Shown here in pieces: positions 21,824-32,097 of a stretch of 64,000 bases of DNA. Source of the stretch: Syntrophales bacterium (GTDB taxonomy: Bacteria; Desulfobacterota; Syntrophia; Syntrophales; UBA2210). The stretch lies in the NCBI GenBank assembly GCA_963666365.2, contig CAXXNF010000002.1, positions 1,120,001-1,184,000 on the forward strand, written 5' to 3'. Under the pieces are notes generated by a model. The model made no database searches, was not told the DNA's origin, and was given only the letters and a program-made list of their open reading frames with translations. Position 1 is the stretch's first letter; every line of letters starts with the position of its first letter. A program made the position numbers and the translations under genes.

Positions 21824-22423
21824 CTAGAGTTCTTCACCCAGCTGGAATCGTGCAAAACGCCTTACGATTATATTCTCACCGGAATTGGCGATCATGCCGT
21901 TCACAAGATCGCGTACAGTTATATTCGTGTCTTTAATGAATTTCTGATCGAGAAGACATACTTCCTCATAATATTTTTTCAGTTTGCCTTCGATAATTCT
22001 GTCCATTATTTTTTCAGGCTTCCCTTCCTGAAGGGCCTGGCTCCGATATATTTCCTTTTCGCTTTCAAGTTCCTTTTCCGGGATATCTTCGGGTCGCACA
22101 TATTTGGGGTTGGTCGCCGCGATCTGCATGGCGATATCCCGGGCCATTGTCTTGAAGTTATCCGTTTTTGCGACAAAATCCGTCTCGCAATTTACTTCCA
22201 CCAGAATGCCTATTCTTCCCTCCATGTGCACGTAGGATGCAACCATGCCTTCCTTCGCTGCACGGGAAGAACGCTTTGTCGCTGCCGAAAGACCTTTCTT
22301 TCTCAGATACTCAACAGCTTTATCAAAATCGCCGTCAGAAGCGGTCAGCGCTTCTTTGCAATCCATCATTCCGGCGTTTGTCTTGTCACGCAATGCTTTT
22401 ACCTGTGATGCTGAAATAGCCAA
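21824..22423 (-). CDS. tsf: elongation factor Ts (short 199-aa form)
   Basis: LRDKTNAGMMDCK, EVNCETDFVA; TTG start. Confidence 0.96.
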   Translation of the reverse strand: MAISASQVKALRDKTNAGMMDCKEALTASDGDFDKAVEYLRKKGLSAATKRSSRAAKEGMVASYVHMEGRIGILVEVNCETDFVAKTDNFKTMARDIAMQIAATNPKYVRPEDIPEKELESEKEIYRSQALQEGKPEKIMDRIIEGKLKKYYEEVCLLDQKFIKDTNITVRDLVNGMIANSGENIIVRRFARFQLGEEL

Positions 22424-22424
22424 T

Positions 22425-23258
22425 TTACTCTACCTCCTCCGTTATTTCCTCGACTTCTTCATGACCCCTGTCATCGGTTTCCTGATGTTCGGCATCTTTT
22501 GTCTCCACGCTTTCCGGCACATCCTGTTCTTCTTCAGAGTTGTCTTTGTCGCTTTCGGCCTGAACCCGCTCTTCAAATCGACGCTTGCCCTCTTCCACTG
22601 CATCGGCCATCTTTGAAGAAAACAGCTTTATTGCACGAATTGCGTCGTCGTTTCCTGGAATCACATAGTCAATATCATCGGGGTCGCAATTTGTATCGAC
22701 TATCGCCACGATCGGAATTCCCAGCTTGCGCGCCTCCTTTACGCCGATCACTTCCCTCTTCGGATCTATCACAAAGAGCACTCCGGGCAGTTTTTCCATG
22801 TAACGAATGCCACCGAGTACTTTCTGCAGTTTCTCACGCTGCTTCTGCAGCTTCAGTATCTCTTTTTTCGGGAATGCATTGACGCTTTCATCCTCAAACA
22901 TCTGATCATATGTATTCAACTGATCGATGCTTTTCTTGATTGTCACAAAGTTAGTGAGCATGCCGCCAAGCCATCGCTGGTTTACATAGGGCATCCCGCA
23001 TCGTTCCGCTTCCGCCTTTATCGATTCCTGGGCCTGACGCTTTGTGCCGAGAAAGAGAACATTCTTTCCCGAAGCAACCGTACCTGTAATAAATTCATAG
23101 GCAACTTCAAATAACTGTACCGTTTGCTGCAGATCAACGATGTAGATTCCGTTACGGGCGCCAAAGATGTACGGTTTCATCTTCGGGTTCCAACGGTTTG
23201 TCTGGTGACCGAAATGGACACCGGACTCAAGTAGCATTTTCATTGAAATATGGGCCAT
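22425..23258 (-). CDS. rpsB: 30S ribosomal protein S2
   Basis: [28 protein letters not shown]; acidic tail. Confidence 0.98.
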   Translation of the reverse strand: MAHISMKMLLESGVHFGHQTNRWNPKMKPYIFGARNGIYIVDLQQTVQLFEVAYEFITGTVASGKNVLFLGTKRQAQESIKAEAERCGMPYVNQRWLGGMLTNFVTIKKSIDQLNTYDQMFEDESVNAFPKKEILKLQKQREKLQKVLGGIRYMEKLPGVLFVIDPKREVIGVKEARKLGIPIVAIVDTNCDPDDIDYVIPGNDDAIRAIKLFSSKMADAVEEGKRRFEERVQAESDKDNSEEEQDVPESVETKDAEHQETDDRGHEEVEEITEEVE

Positions 23259-23385
23259 GCGTTTCTCCTTTCGCTGTTTAAACCTCCACCCATTTTTTAT
23301 TTATTCCCGTAACTTCTCACTCAAAGCAACAGCGGGAACAGATCGGGTGTGTGTTTTGTACTACGCGGTCGATCGAACTACCACA
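23259..23385 (-). promoter_or_regulatory. rpsB 5' leader (S2 autoregulatory, t44-like) with extended -10 promoter
   Basis: Minus strand reads TGTGGTAGTT (extended -10-like), then ACACACCCG...GGGTGGAGG...AAAC and SD AAGGAG, resembling the conserved rpsB leader. Confidence 0.55.
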
Positions 23386-23456
23386 TGCACTGCAAATAAT
23401 CAAGGCAAAAAAATCTCTGATATTCCTCACGTAAAGGGGGAATATGCACTCAGTCA

Positions 23457-23855
23457 TTACAGAATTTTTTTGCCGGCCTCAGATCCGCCTTCAACTATAT
23501 ACACGCTGGCAATCTTACACAGGATCGCCGACTTTGGATTAATCGTAGCCTTGATACTGTGCACCCACTCAACATTCTCTTTGAACACCTCATCGTCGGT
23601 ATGAATAGTCACATCACCCTTGATCTGGAATCCACCCTTCTCACCCCACCAGGCAAGTGCTATCCGAGGATTCTCTTTCATATTCTTCAGCGTCTTGTCA
23701 AAAAATTGGTCCGAGATGAGCAATCTCTCGTCATCCAGGAACTTCAATGCACCAACAGGCACCACATTCGGCATACCATCCTTTGTCGCCGTTGAAAGAA
23801 ACGCCAGTTTTACCGATTTCAGACTCTCTTTGATTTCTTCCGTCACTTGAACCAT
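23457..23855 (-). CDS. pyridoxamine 5'-phosphate oxidase-like FMN-binding protein
   Basis: LSTATKDGMPNVVP, KTLKNMKENP, GFQIKG. Confidence 0.85.
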   Translation of the reverse strand: MVQVTEEIKESLKSVKLAFLSTATKDGMPNVVPVGALKFLDDERLLISDQFFDKTLKNMKENPRIALAWWGEKGGFQIKGDVTIHTDDEVFKENVEWVHSIKATINPKSAILCKIASVYIVEGGSEAGKKIL

Positions 23856-23898
23856 AAAGCTTTCCTCCCGTGAATAGGTAAGTTCATACTAATTTCTC

Positions 23899-24306
23899 TT
23901 ATAGTACGGAATGTATTTTTGCCACCAGGTCCTCAATTACAACCGGTTTTGCGACAAATATACGTCCCCCCATGTCGCCGGTCTCATTTTCCTTTATAAT
24001 GGACGTGACGAATATGATGGGAATGGCGGCGGTTGATGGATTCTCCAGCAATTCTTCCGCCACCTCGGCGCCCGACATGCCGGGCATTACGATATCGAGG
24101 AGAATGCAGTCCGGTCTTTCCTCCTTCGCCAGTTGTATCCCGGCGCGCCCGTTGTGGGCCACAAGCACCTCGAATTCATAGGATGATTGATTTCCTTCTC
24201 TTCGCAGGAGACGATCAATAAAGCTCTTGCGCGTTTCCAGGGTTTTTTTTATTCCCCGGCAGAAATCTTCTTCGTCATCGACCACCAGTATCTTTTTCAC
24301 CGCCAT
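23899..24306 (-). CDS. single-domain response regulator
   Basis: ILVVDDE, LLDIVMP, FVT, AKP; start set at MAVKK with SD AGGAGG. Confidence 0.9.
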   Translation of the reverse strand: MAVKKILVVDDEEDFCRGIKKTLETRKSFIDRLLRREGNQSSYEFEVLVAHNGRAGIQLAKEERPDCILLDIVMPGMSGAEVAEELLENPSTAAIPIIFVTSIIKENETGDMGGRIFVAKPVVIEDLVAKIHSVL

Positions 24307-24385
24307 CGCATCCTCCTTCTTGTGCAAGAAACTCGGATCATCATAATGAAGCCCTATCAAATATGCACTCCCTGTCCTCCGAACA

Positions 24386-27300
24386 TCAGGATTCCCGGGA
24401 CTCAGTCCTCCCGGCTGAATCGACGGGGAATTCGATAATAAAAGAGGCGCCCCCCCATTCGTTATTCTCCGCCCATATGCTCCCGCCATGATCTTTCACA
24501 ATTCCATAGGTGATTGAAAGTCCCAACCCCGTTCCCTTCCCCTGCTCCTTGGTGCTGTAGAAGGGATCGAAGATCAGCCTCAGATCCTTTTTTTTAATCC
24601 CTGGTCCCGTATCGGCAATTGTTATGCGAAGGCAGTGTCCGGACCCCGAAGAGCAGCCTTCGGTGCGTACAAACAATTCTTTCCGCCCCCTGCCCTCCAT
24701 GGCATCGAAGGCGTTTGAAAAGAGGTTAATCAGCACCTGTTCCATTTTTTTCCTGTCCAGTTCGATTGACGGCAGGTTCGGCTGGCACGCAAGATGGCAG
24801 GTGATGCCGTCCAGCCTCATCTGGGGGGAACAGAGTTTTACCACATCCTGAACAACCTCATTGATATTATCCGCCTGCACCTCCTTTTTTGAAATACGCG
24901 AAAACTCCCTCAAATTCTCGGTAATCGCCACGACACGATTTACCTGCTCCATACAGATATCCAGTTCCTCGATCACCTCGGGTGAAAGTTCTTTCATTGT
25001 CTTTAGAAGCTGCAGTTCCAGGGATATTATTCCCACAGGATTGAGAATTTCATGGGCGACTCCCGCCGAAATACGACCGAGAGAAGTAAGCTTTTCGGAT
25101 TGAAGCAACTGATTTCTCGCATTTTCCAGTTCCCTGTCGACCCGTTTCCTTTCCGTAATATCCTGAAGTATGCCTACTGTGCCCACAGTAAGGCCTTTTT
25201 CATCCATCATCGGCACGACCTCGTGATAGACCTCGACAGGCGTACCATCCCGACCGATGAATGAACATTCCACACTCCTTTGTGTTCCCTCCTGCACAAC
25301 CGTTTGAAGCAGTTCCGATGCGACTGACCTGTTGTCGGTAGTGAATAATTCAAGAAAATCTTCATACGTCCCCTGAAATGTCTCCTCTTCAGCGCCGACA
25401 ATGCGCAGAAACTCCCGGGAACAGTATACTTCATCTGTCGCTCGTTCCCACTCCCAACTTCCGATTTTTGCAATTTTCTGTGCCTCGTCGAGGCTCTTGC
25501 GAATCTTTACAATCGACGCCTCCATTGCCTGCTGGGAAGTGACATCCAGACAATGGGCGATGTAGCCCAGGAAGTTTCCCTTGCTGTCGTAACGCGGCGT
25601 ACCTTCGCTCAGAAGCCAGCGATACTCGCCGTCGTATCTGCGCAGGCGATAGGTGATGTTGAAAGATTCGCGCCTGTCGAAGGCATTTTCATACACCATA
25701 AGAAGGCGATCAAGATCTTCAGGATGGACGCTTGACATCCACCCGTCTCCCAGATCCTCATCGAGGGTATGACCGGTAAATTCCCGCCATGTCCGGTTTA
25801 AATAATCGCGCTTTTTGTCCCTGCCGGAGGTCCATATCAGGGCTCTGCCTGAATCGGCCAGGGTGCGGTAACGATACTCTGCTTCCTGCAGACGCCTTTC
25901 GACTTCTTTTTGCTCTGTAACATCGCGCACCACGCCTCTGAATCCTCTGGGGGTGCCCATCGCATCCCGGATGAGCGAAACGGACATATCCCGCGACTGC
26001 ACTGTTCCGTCCTTCGTTATTACGCTGTAATTCGCCATAAGAGCGGGAATACCCGTGCGGTAGACGCTGTTATATATCACGAATACTTGCCCGGCTACTG
26101 CTTCGGTCATGTATTCGCGGTAATTCATCCTGTACAGTTCTTCCGGCGTACACTTGTGCATTCGTGCCAGTGCATCATTGATAAAAGTGTAATTTCCCTT
26201 GAGGTCGGTTTCGAAATACCCCTCCTTAATCTCGTCAAGTATGGAGCGGTATCGTTCTTCACTCGCTTCGAGTAGTTTGAGCGCATGCCGTTGAAGAGTA
26301 ATATCCTCGTATATAAGCTGAAAACAGGTCTCGCCGCTCCATATAATTTCTTTTCGCCATACCTGAAGATGCCCTACCTCGCCGCTTTTTCGCACAATCT
26401 CGATTTCATACTCCGAGGGAACCTCCTCGCCGCGGGCACGCTTCTCTTTTCTGGCCAGATGTTCGAGATAACTCTCGACGGTGTAACGATCCGCAACAGT
26501 AGTCTCGCGCCAGTCTTCAATACTTTCGTATCCGAACAAACCCTGAAGTACTCTGTTCACATAGAGGGTTTCCCCTGTTTGCGATACAATGCGGACGCCC
26601 AGGGGAGATTCGTCCAGCGACAACCGGAAATTTTTCTCACTGCTTTGAAGCGCGGCAATGGCCTGTTGCTGGTCGAATTCGGCCCGTTTCCGATCGGAAA
26701 TATCCCGGCTCACTCCGGAGAACCCCACCACAGCACCTTTGTCGTCCCGTATCGGCGCCGCGCTTATTTCCATCCAGACCCGGCTCCCATCACGGTGTAA
26801 ATGCTCCGCCTCTATGACCATGTGATCATCTTCATGCTCACCTCTCATAAGTTTTGTAAAGGCATCGATCACATGCTGTCTGATTTCAGGCGGGTGACTG
26901 TCGTGTATCGTCCGCCCCCTTGCCTCTCTGGAAGAAAATCCCAGCAACCGCTCCACCGACGGCGATATGAAATCGTAGGTCATGGTATTCAAATCAAAGG
27001 TCCAGACAATATCACTCGCATTCTCCACCAGAAAACGGTACCGTGCCTCGCTGACACGAAGACCCTTCAACAGAGCTTCACCTGCGAGTTCCGCCCGTTT
27101 CCGGTCGTCAATATCACGCATGACGCCATGAATGCCGATGAGTATTCCCCGCTCGTCGCGCATCCCCGCTACCACCACTTCGTTCCACCGGGTAGTGCCG
27201 TTTTTGTGATAGTATTCCACATCGAGGGTGATGGTTCTGTTCGGATCGACATTGCCGGCTGCCTCCCGTTCAAGCTCATATGCCATTACCTCTCGTATAT

Positions 27301-27619
27301 GGGATAACGATGCAGGGGTTATCTGTTCGGTCACGTCCTGGGCCTTGCGCTCTTCCGGGGTGAAGCCAAGCACCCGCTCAATGGCAGGACTTACGGAGAG
27401 GGTCCGAAGATTAAGGTCCTGGGTCCACATGACATCGTTCAACCTATCGGCGAGCAAATGATGCCATGCGTCGGCTTTCTTTAATTCCTCGATTTCCGCC
27501 TTTGATTGAGACAGCGCTGCCCGCAGCGCCGATTCCGATTGCTTCAATTCTTCTACACGAGTTTCAAGCAGAGATATTTTTCTGAGCAGCGCCTCGATGT
27601 TTCTTTCTTCCTCTTTCAT
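24386..27619 (-). CDS. soluble multi-PAS sensor histidine kinase
   Basis: N-terminal coiled coil, about six PAS/PAC repeats (RDI/DIT ends), H-box GVAHEILNP, N/G/F boxes (NAFDA, DTGPG, GTGLGL). Confidence 0.93.
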   Translation of the reverse strand: MKEEERNIEALLRKISLLETRVEELKQSESALRAALSQSKAEIEELKKADAWHHLLADRLNDVMWTQDLNLRTLSVSPAIERVLGFTPEERKAQDVTEQITPASLSHIREVMAYELEREAAGNVDPNRTITLDVEYYHKNGTTRWNEVVVAGMRDERGILIGIHGVMRDIDDRKRAELAGEALLKGLRVSEARYRFLVENASDIVWTFDLNTMTYDFISPSVERLLGFSSREARGRTIHDSHPPEIRQHVIDAFTKLMRGEHEDDHMVIEAEHLHRDGSRVWMEISAAPIRDDKGAVVGFSGVSRDISDRKRAEFDQQQAIAALQSSEKNFRLSLDESPLGVRIVSQTGETLYVNRVLQGLFGYESIEDWRETTVADRYTVESYLEHLARKEKRARGEEVPSEYEIEIVRKSGEVGHLQVWRKEIIWSGETCFQLIYEDITLQRHALKLLEASEERYRSILDEIKEGYFETDLKGNYTFINDALARMHKCTPEELYRMNYREYMTEAVAGQVFVIYNSVYRTGIPALMANYSVITKDGTVQSRDMSVSLIRDAMGTPRGFRGVVRDVTEQKEVERRLQEAEYRYRTLADSGRALIWTSGRDKKRDYLNRTWREFTGHTLDEDLGDGWMSSVHPEDLDRLLMVYENAFDRRESFNITYRLRRYDGEYRWLLSEGTPRYDSKGNFLGYIAHCLDVTSQQAMEASIVKIRKSLDEAQKIAKIGSWEWERATDEVYCSREFLRIVGAEEETFQGTYEDFLELFTTDNRSVASELLQTVVQEGTQRSVECSFIGRDGTPVEVYHEVVPMMDEKGLTVGTVGILQDITERKRVDRELENARNQLLQSEKLTSLGRISAGVAHEILNPVGIISLELQLLKTMKELSPEVIEELDICMEQVNRVVAITENLREFSRISKKEVQADNINEVVQDVVKLCSPQMRLDGITCHLACQPNLPSIELDRKKMEQVLINLFSNAFDAMEGRGRKELFVRTEGCSSGSGHCLRITIADTGPGIKKKDLRLIFDPFYSTKEQGKGTGLGLSITYGIVKDHGGSIWAENNEWGGASFIIEFPVDSAGRTESRES

Positions 27620-27841
27620 TCATCCCCCCGGGAAATGCACCCTAACAACCTGTACTCGCTCACATTAATTCAATTTTTCACAATAGCGCCGCGATGTCAA
27701 GGACTACATTGCCACCATTGTCGCCTATGAACCACTTCACAGGAATGGAGCAACAAACATTCAAGGATACTGCCGCAATTGCCGATATGGATTTTATTGA
27801 GCATACGATCGATTGTATCTGTCCTTTGTGGAGTTGTAGAA

Positions 27842-28303
27842 ATGCAAAAAGGAATCGTTGAATATATCGAAAGTTTGTATATTTTTGATGGCTTAAGGGG
27901 CAATGAACTGGCATTTACCGCAAACTTGATGGAAATTGAGTATTTTCAAAAGGATGAAATTATTTTCAAAGAAGGAGATAAAGGCGATTCGGTCTGTTTC
28001 GTTATTGAAGGTATCCTTGAAGTCATAAAAAACAACACTGCGGGAAAGAATGTAGTGATTGCTGAATTTTCAAAGGGTCACTCCATCGGTGAAATGGCCC
28101 TTATCGACAGCTACCCCAGGTCAGCCACCGTAAAGGCGCGTACAGGCGGATATCTTGTAAAGCTGACGAAACATAAATTCGAGACAATCCTGCAAGAGCG
28201 ACCCGGCACGGGAATCAAGATTCTCAAGGGAATTGCGCGCCTTTTAAGTCTTAATCTTCGCCGGACATCGGGTCATCTCGCTGAAGTGCTGTCCTCCTCC
28301 TGA
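27842..28303 (+). CDS. cyclic nucleotide-binding domain protein
   Basis: IFKEGDKG, GEMALI..PRSATV; no HTH domain. Confidence 0.88.
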   Translation: MQKGIVEYIESLYIFDGLRGNELAFTANLMEIEYFQKDEIIFKEGDKGDSVCFVIEGILEVIKNNTAGKNVVIAEFSKGHSIGEMALIDSYPRSATVKARTGGYLVKLTKHKFETILQERPGTGIKILKGIARLLSLNLRRTSGHLAEVLSSS

Positions 28304-28316
28304 AAGATAGCCTACG

Positions 28317-28341
28317 AAAGGCCTAGTCGACGAGGCCTTTT
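28317..28341 (+). terminator. putative intrinsic terminator
   Basis: AAAGGCCT-8 nt loop-AGGCCTTTT directly after the stop codon. Confidence 0.55.
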
Positions 28342-28639
28342 ATCGCGTTTCTCACCCCATGCATTCCTCCATCTTTGAAGGCGTGTCCATTCACCGGCAA
28401 GAATCTGCAAATCTCCTGCCGGTCAGACGATTCCCGGTCTTTCTTGCATAAAGGGATAGTCGGAGAGTTTCTCTTTTGACATTCGGCACATTACTTAGTA
28501 TAGCCTTCGGCAGCAGGCTCAGGCTTCAACGATTGAAGATCCCTGAAAAATCAAATAGTGTCCCTTCCCCTAAGGGACTGAAGATACCGTGATTTTTCGA
28601 GAGTTCATCATCGATACTATTTTCAGGAGGAACTACACG

Positions 28640-29695
28640 ATGGCTAATACCGGTGCATCCAAAGTGATGACGACCGCGGAAGCGATCAGCCGATTCGTCC
28701 ACGACGGCGACAGCGTCATATGCGGCAATTATACGGAGGGGCTGCCGTTCAGCCTGATTTTTGAAATTATTCGACAGAAAAAGAGGGGGCTTACCTATTA
28801 CAGTCAGTCCGGTTCGGCCGATGCGGAATTCATGGTGGCCGGCGATTGCGTTGACAGGATGTGCTCCGCCTTTATCCATAAGTGGGGGGGACGCGGCGCG
28901 GGCAGCATGGTTGAACGGTATCAGCGGTCAGGAAAAATTCAGGTAGAGGACTATTCAAATTTCACCTACAATGCCCGACTGGCGGCCGGCGCCTTCGGCT
29001 ATTCCTGTATGCCAGTGCTCCCGGCAATCATGTATTCCGATGTGTTCAAAATTAGAGGATACATGGGGGACCGGAAATTCGGCACCATCTCCTGCCCCTT
29101 TACCGGCAAAACGCTTCCCGTAGTCCCCGCGGCAAATCCCGATGTATGTCTGTTGCATGTACAGAGGGCGGATAAATTCGGCAACGCCCAGCATTGGGGA
29201 GGCCTTGGATCGACCGTGCATGCCTGTATGGCCAGCAGGAAGATCATCGTCACCTGTGAAGAACTGGTGGACAGCGATATCATAAAATCCAGCCCCCATC
29301 ACACGATCGTTCCCGCCTTCAGGGTCAACGCCGTAATAGAGGAACCTTACGGCTGCCATCCTTCGGAGCTGCCCGGGTACAGAAACCCCGACCGGGCAAT
29401 GTACAATCTGATCAATAACACCTTCTTCTCAGAGGAGGGCCTCACATCGATGTTTGATGAATGGATCTACAATCTTCCGGACCGTCACGCCTATATTCAG
29501 CATTACATCGAGGTATTCGGATCGGAGATGCTGCATCGTTATCAGGCAAAGTCATACTACTCCGCTCCTGCGAACTACGGCATCGCCTTCGAGTCGGCCT
29601 GGGACAACAATGGGATTTCCCTTGACCTGGGTGTCGACATGCAGGGACTGGACGCACTTGTGGAGCAGAAAGGAGAGCTGGTCAATGTTAAGTAA
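28640..29695 (+). CDS. family I CoA-transferase subunit A (glutaconate CoA-transferase GctA-like)
   Basis: AEAISRFVHDGD, RLAAGA.G, HVQRADKFGN, PYGCHP; SD AGGAGG before MANTG. Confidence 0.82.
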   Translation: MANTGASKVMTTAEAISRFVHDGDSVICGNYTEGLPFSLIFEIIRQKKRGLTYYSQSGSADAEFMVAGDCVDRMCSAFIHKWGGRGAGSMVERYQRSGKIQVEDYSNFTYNARLAAGAFGYSCMPVLPAIMYSDVFKIRGYMGDRKFGTISCPFTGKTLPVVPAANPDVCLLHVQRADKFGNAQHWGGLGSTVHACMASRKIIVTCEELVDSDIIKSSPHHTIVPAFRVNAVIEEPYGCHPSELPGYRNPDRAMYNLINNTFFSEEGLTSMFDEWIYNLPDRHAYIQHYIEVFGSEMLHRYQAKSYYSAPANYGIAFESAWDNNGISLDLGVDMQGLDALVEQKGELVNVK

Positions 29696-30515
29696 AAAAA
29701 TCACCAAGCAGGAACTGTTGATCATTACCGCAGCGCGGCAGATACATGACAGAGACGTGGTGGTCCTGGGCGTAGGACTCCCCATCCTTGCCGGCGCCAT
29801 CGCCAAGCAGACCCATGCGCCTGACGCGGTGCTCCTGATGGAATCGGGAATTATCGATTTCGAACCCTGCATCCTGCCCACGAACGTAGCCGACGCCACC
29901 TGCACCAGGGGATACGGATGCGCCATGGATCTCTTCAGCGTCTTTACCACAATTACCTACGCAGGATACCTCGACAAGGCCTTCCTCGGCGTGGCACAGA
30001 TCGACAAGTACGGCAACATCAACACCTCCTACCTGGGACCGCCCCCCTACTCCCAGCGAATTACCGCCGCGGGAGGCGCTCCGGAATTTTATTCCTATGC
30101 AAAGGAAAGCATCCTGACGATGAAAGGGACTGGATTTGTTGAAAAACTCCCCTATTTAACTTCGCCCGGCTATCTGGGAGGAGGCAACGAACGTGATGAA
30201 TCAGGGTGCTTTACGCCGGGGTCGGGGCCGAGCGTTCTGATCACTCCCAAGGGGATGTTCAAATTCGACAAGGAAACGAAGGAGATGTATCTCGATGCGC
30301 TCTTTCCCGGGGTATCGGTAGAAGATGTCAAGCGCGACATTCCCTGGGATCTGAAGGTGGCCGACACTATCCATGGATTTCCCGTACCTCATGACGAGGA
30401 GGTTGAAATTCTGCGAAAAATATCGCCCCGCGATTCCTTCTCCAACACGACCGCTCTCGAACTGGTACAGGCGCATTACGCCCGGAAAATAGCTGCAAAA
30501 AAAGCGGCTTCATAA
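29685..30515 (+). CDS. family I CoA-transferase subunit B (GctB-like)
   Basis: LGVGLP, MESG (catalytic Glu), AQIDKYGNIN, GGAPE; overlaps the subunit A stop. Confidence 0.82.
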   Translation: MLSKKITKQELLIITAARQIHDRDVVVLGVGLPILAGAIAKQTHAPDAVLLMESGIIDFEPCILPTNVADATCTRGYGCAMDLFSVFTTITYAGYLDKAFLGVAQIDKYGNINTSYLGPPPYSQRITAAGGAPEFYSYAKESILTMKGTGFVEKLPYLTSPGYLGGGNERDESGCFTPGSGPSVLITPKGMFKFDKETKEMYLDALFPGVSVEDVKRDIPWDLKVADTIHGFPVPHDEEVEILRKISPRDSFSNTTALELVQAHYARKIAAKKAAS

Positions 30516-30711
30516 TAACTGAACACATGGGACAGGTCGTGCAATCACACAATGCTGCATTGTACGGCCCGCCCATGGCATTGAAGTTTTCCAATTTCAA
30601 AAAGTCTGTTTCAAAAAGACTTGATAAATAATTCACATTTCTACAGAATGAAACAGCCCGTGTAAATGCATGTATCCTCACATAATTTTGATCAGGAAGG
30701 AGGGGTCTCGA

Positions 30712-31053
30712 ATGGAACAGTCTGTTCCTTCAAAAAAGTCCGCAATGATAATCTACATTCTCTACCTTGCGGGAATTGTTTTTCCTCTCACGAGCATCGT
30801 CGGCGTCATCATGGCCTACATTTACATAAGCGATGAACAATCGTGGCTGAGGTCACACTACCATTTCCAGATCAGAACCTTCTGGATCTCAGTTCTGTTA
30901 ATGGTTGCAGGGGTACTGACCTCATCGGTCTTCATCGGTTTTGTGATCCTCCTGTTCTGGTTAATCTGGATGATAGTACGGTGCGTCAAAGGTCTGAGAG
31001 CGCTTCAAAGAGGAGCGGAACATCCCAATCCGACGGGGTGGCTCTTTGACTGA
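30712..31053 (+). CDS. small membrane protein (DUF4870-like)
   Basis: Three hydrophobic segments; SHYHFQIRTFW and RCVKGL motifs. Confidence 0.7.
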   Translation: MEQSVPSKKSAMIIYILYLAGIVFPLTSIVGVIMAYIYISDEQSWLRSHYHFQIRTFWISVLLMVAGVLTSSVFIGFVILLFWLIWMIVRCVKGLRALQRGAEHPNPTGWLFD

Positions 31054-31122
31054 GATTCGTGGCAGATGGATCGGCACATTTCAACTGTTTTGATGACTTC
31101 ATCACATGAGGTTGGCTGAATC

Positions 31123-32031
31123 ATGTTCTCATTTCTCCCGGGCACGTTACTTGGAATAACCTGTGTGGGTTTCGTGATTCTCAATACCCTGTTCTGGGCT
31201 GTTCCGGTGCATGCCCTGGCCTTGACAAAACTTATTATCCCCTGCGAGGGCTGGCAGATCAGATGCGCCCGTTACATCATGACCGTGGTCAGAGGGTGGA
31301 TATGGGGCATTCTGGTATCATTGAAACTGACCCAGAAGGTGCAGTGGGACATCAACGATCTTTCGGGCATCAAGAGGGATGAATGGTATTTCCTCAACAG
31401 CAATCACCAGTCGTGGACCGATATCGTGGTGCTGCTGCGGACCTTCGGCAATGCAATCCCCTTTCCCAAATTTTTTCTCAAAAAGGAACTTGCCTGGATT
31501 CCTATTTTCGGCAGTGCCTTCTGGGCATTGGACTACCCCTACATGAAACGGTATTCAAAGAAGTTTCTTGACGCACATCCCGAAAAACGGGGCACGGATC
31601 TGGAAACGACAAAGAAAATGTGCGAGCGCTACCGTCACACGCCGGTTACAATCCTCAATTTTATCGAGGGGACGAGGTTTACACCGCAGAAACACAGCCG
31701 TCAGCACTCACCCTACCGGCGCCTCCTTCGCCCCAAGGCGGGGGGATTCGCCTTTGCCCTTAATGCGATGGACGGCAAGATCAAAAGGATGCTGGATGTC
31801 ACCATTGTCTACCCGGACGGTCCCCACACGTTCTGGGATTTTCTGTGCGGCCGCGTTTCACATATTATCGTACGGGTAAAAGAGAAGATAATACCCGATC
31901 GGTTTCTTCACGGCAACTATGCGAGTGACGCCGTTTTTCGCGAGGATTTTCAGATGTGGGTTGGCGATCTCTGGCACGCAAAGGACGAACTCATAGAAAT
32001 ACTTCTCAGGGGATATCGCGGCAGAGACTGA
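31123..32031 (+). CDS. yihG: acyltransferase, YihG-like (PlsC superfamily)
   Basis: NHQSWTD, FFLKKEL.W, EGTRF, PKAGG. Confidence 0.85.
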   Translation: MFSFLPGTLLGITCVGFVILNTLFWAVPVHALALTKLIIPCEGWQIRCARYIMTVVRGWIWGILVSLKLTQKVQWDINDLSGIKRDEWYFLNSNHQSWTDIVVLLRTFGNAIPFPKFFLKKELAWIPIFGSAFWALDYPYMKRYSKKFLDAHPEKRGTDLETTKKMCERYRHTPVTILNFIEGTRFTPQKHSRQHSPYRRLLRPKAGGFAFALNAMDGKIKRMLDVTIVYPDGPHTFWDFLCGRVSHIIVRVKEKIIPDRFLHGNYASDAVFREDFQMWVGDLWHAKDELIEILLRGYRGRD

Positions 32032-32097
32032 AGGGCGTGTATGCGGAATACTCTATGAGCCGCTATTGCCACAGAGAGATACGCTGCAGCGCATCGT

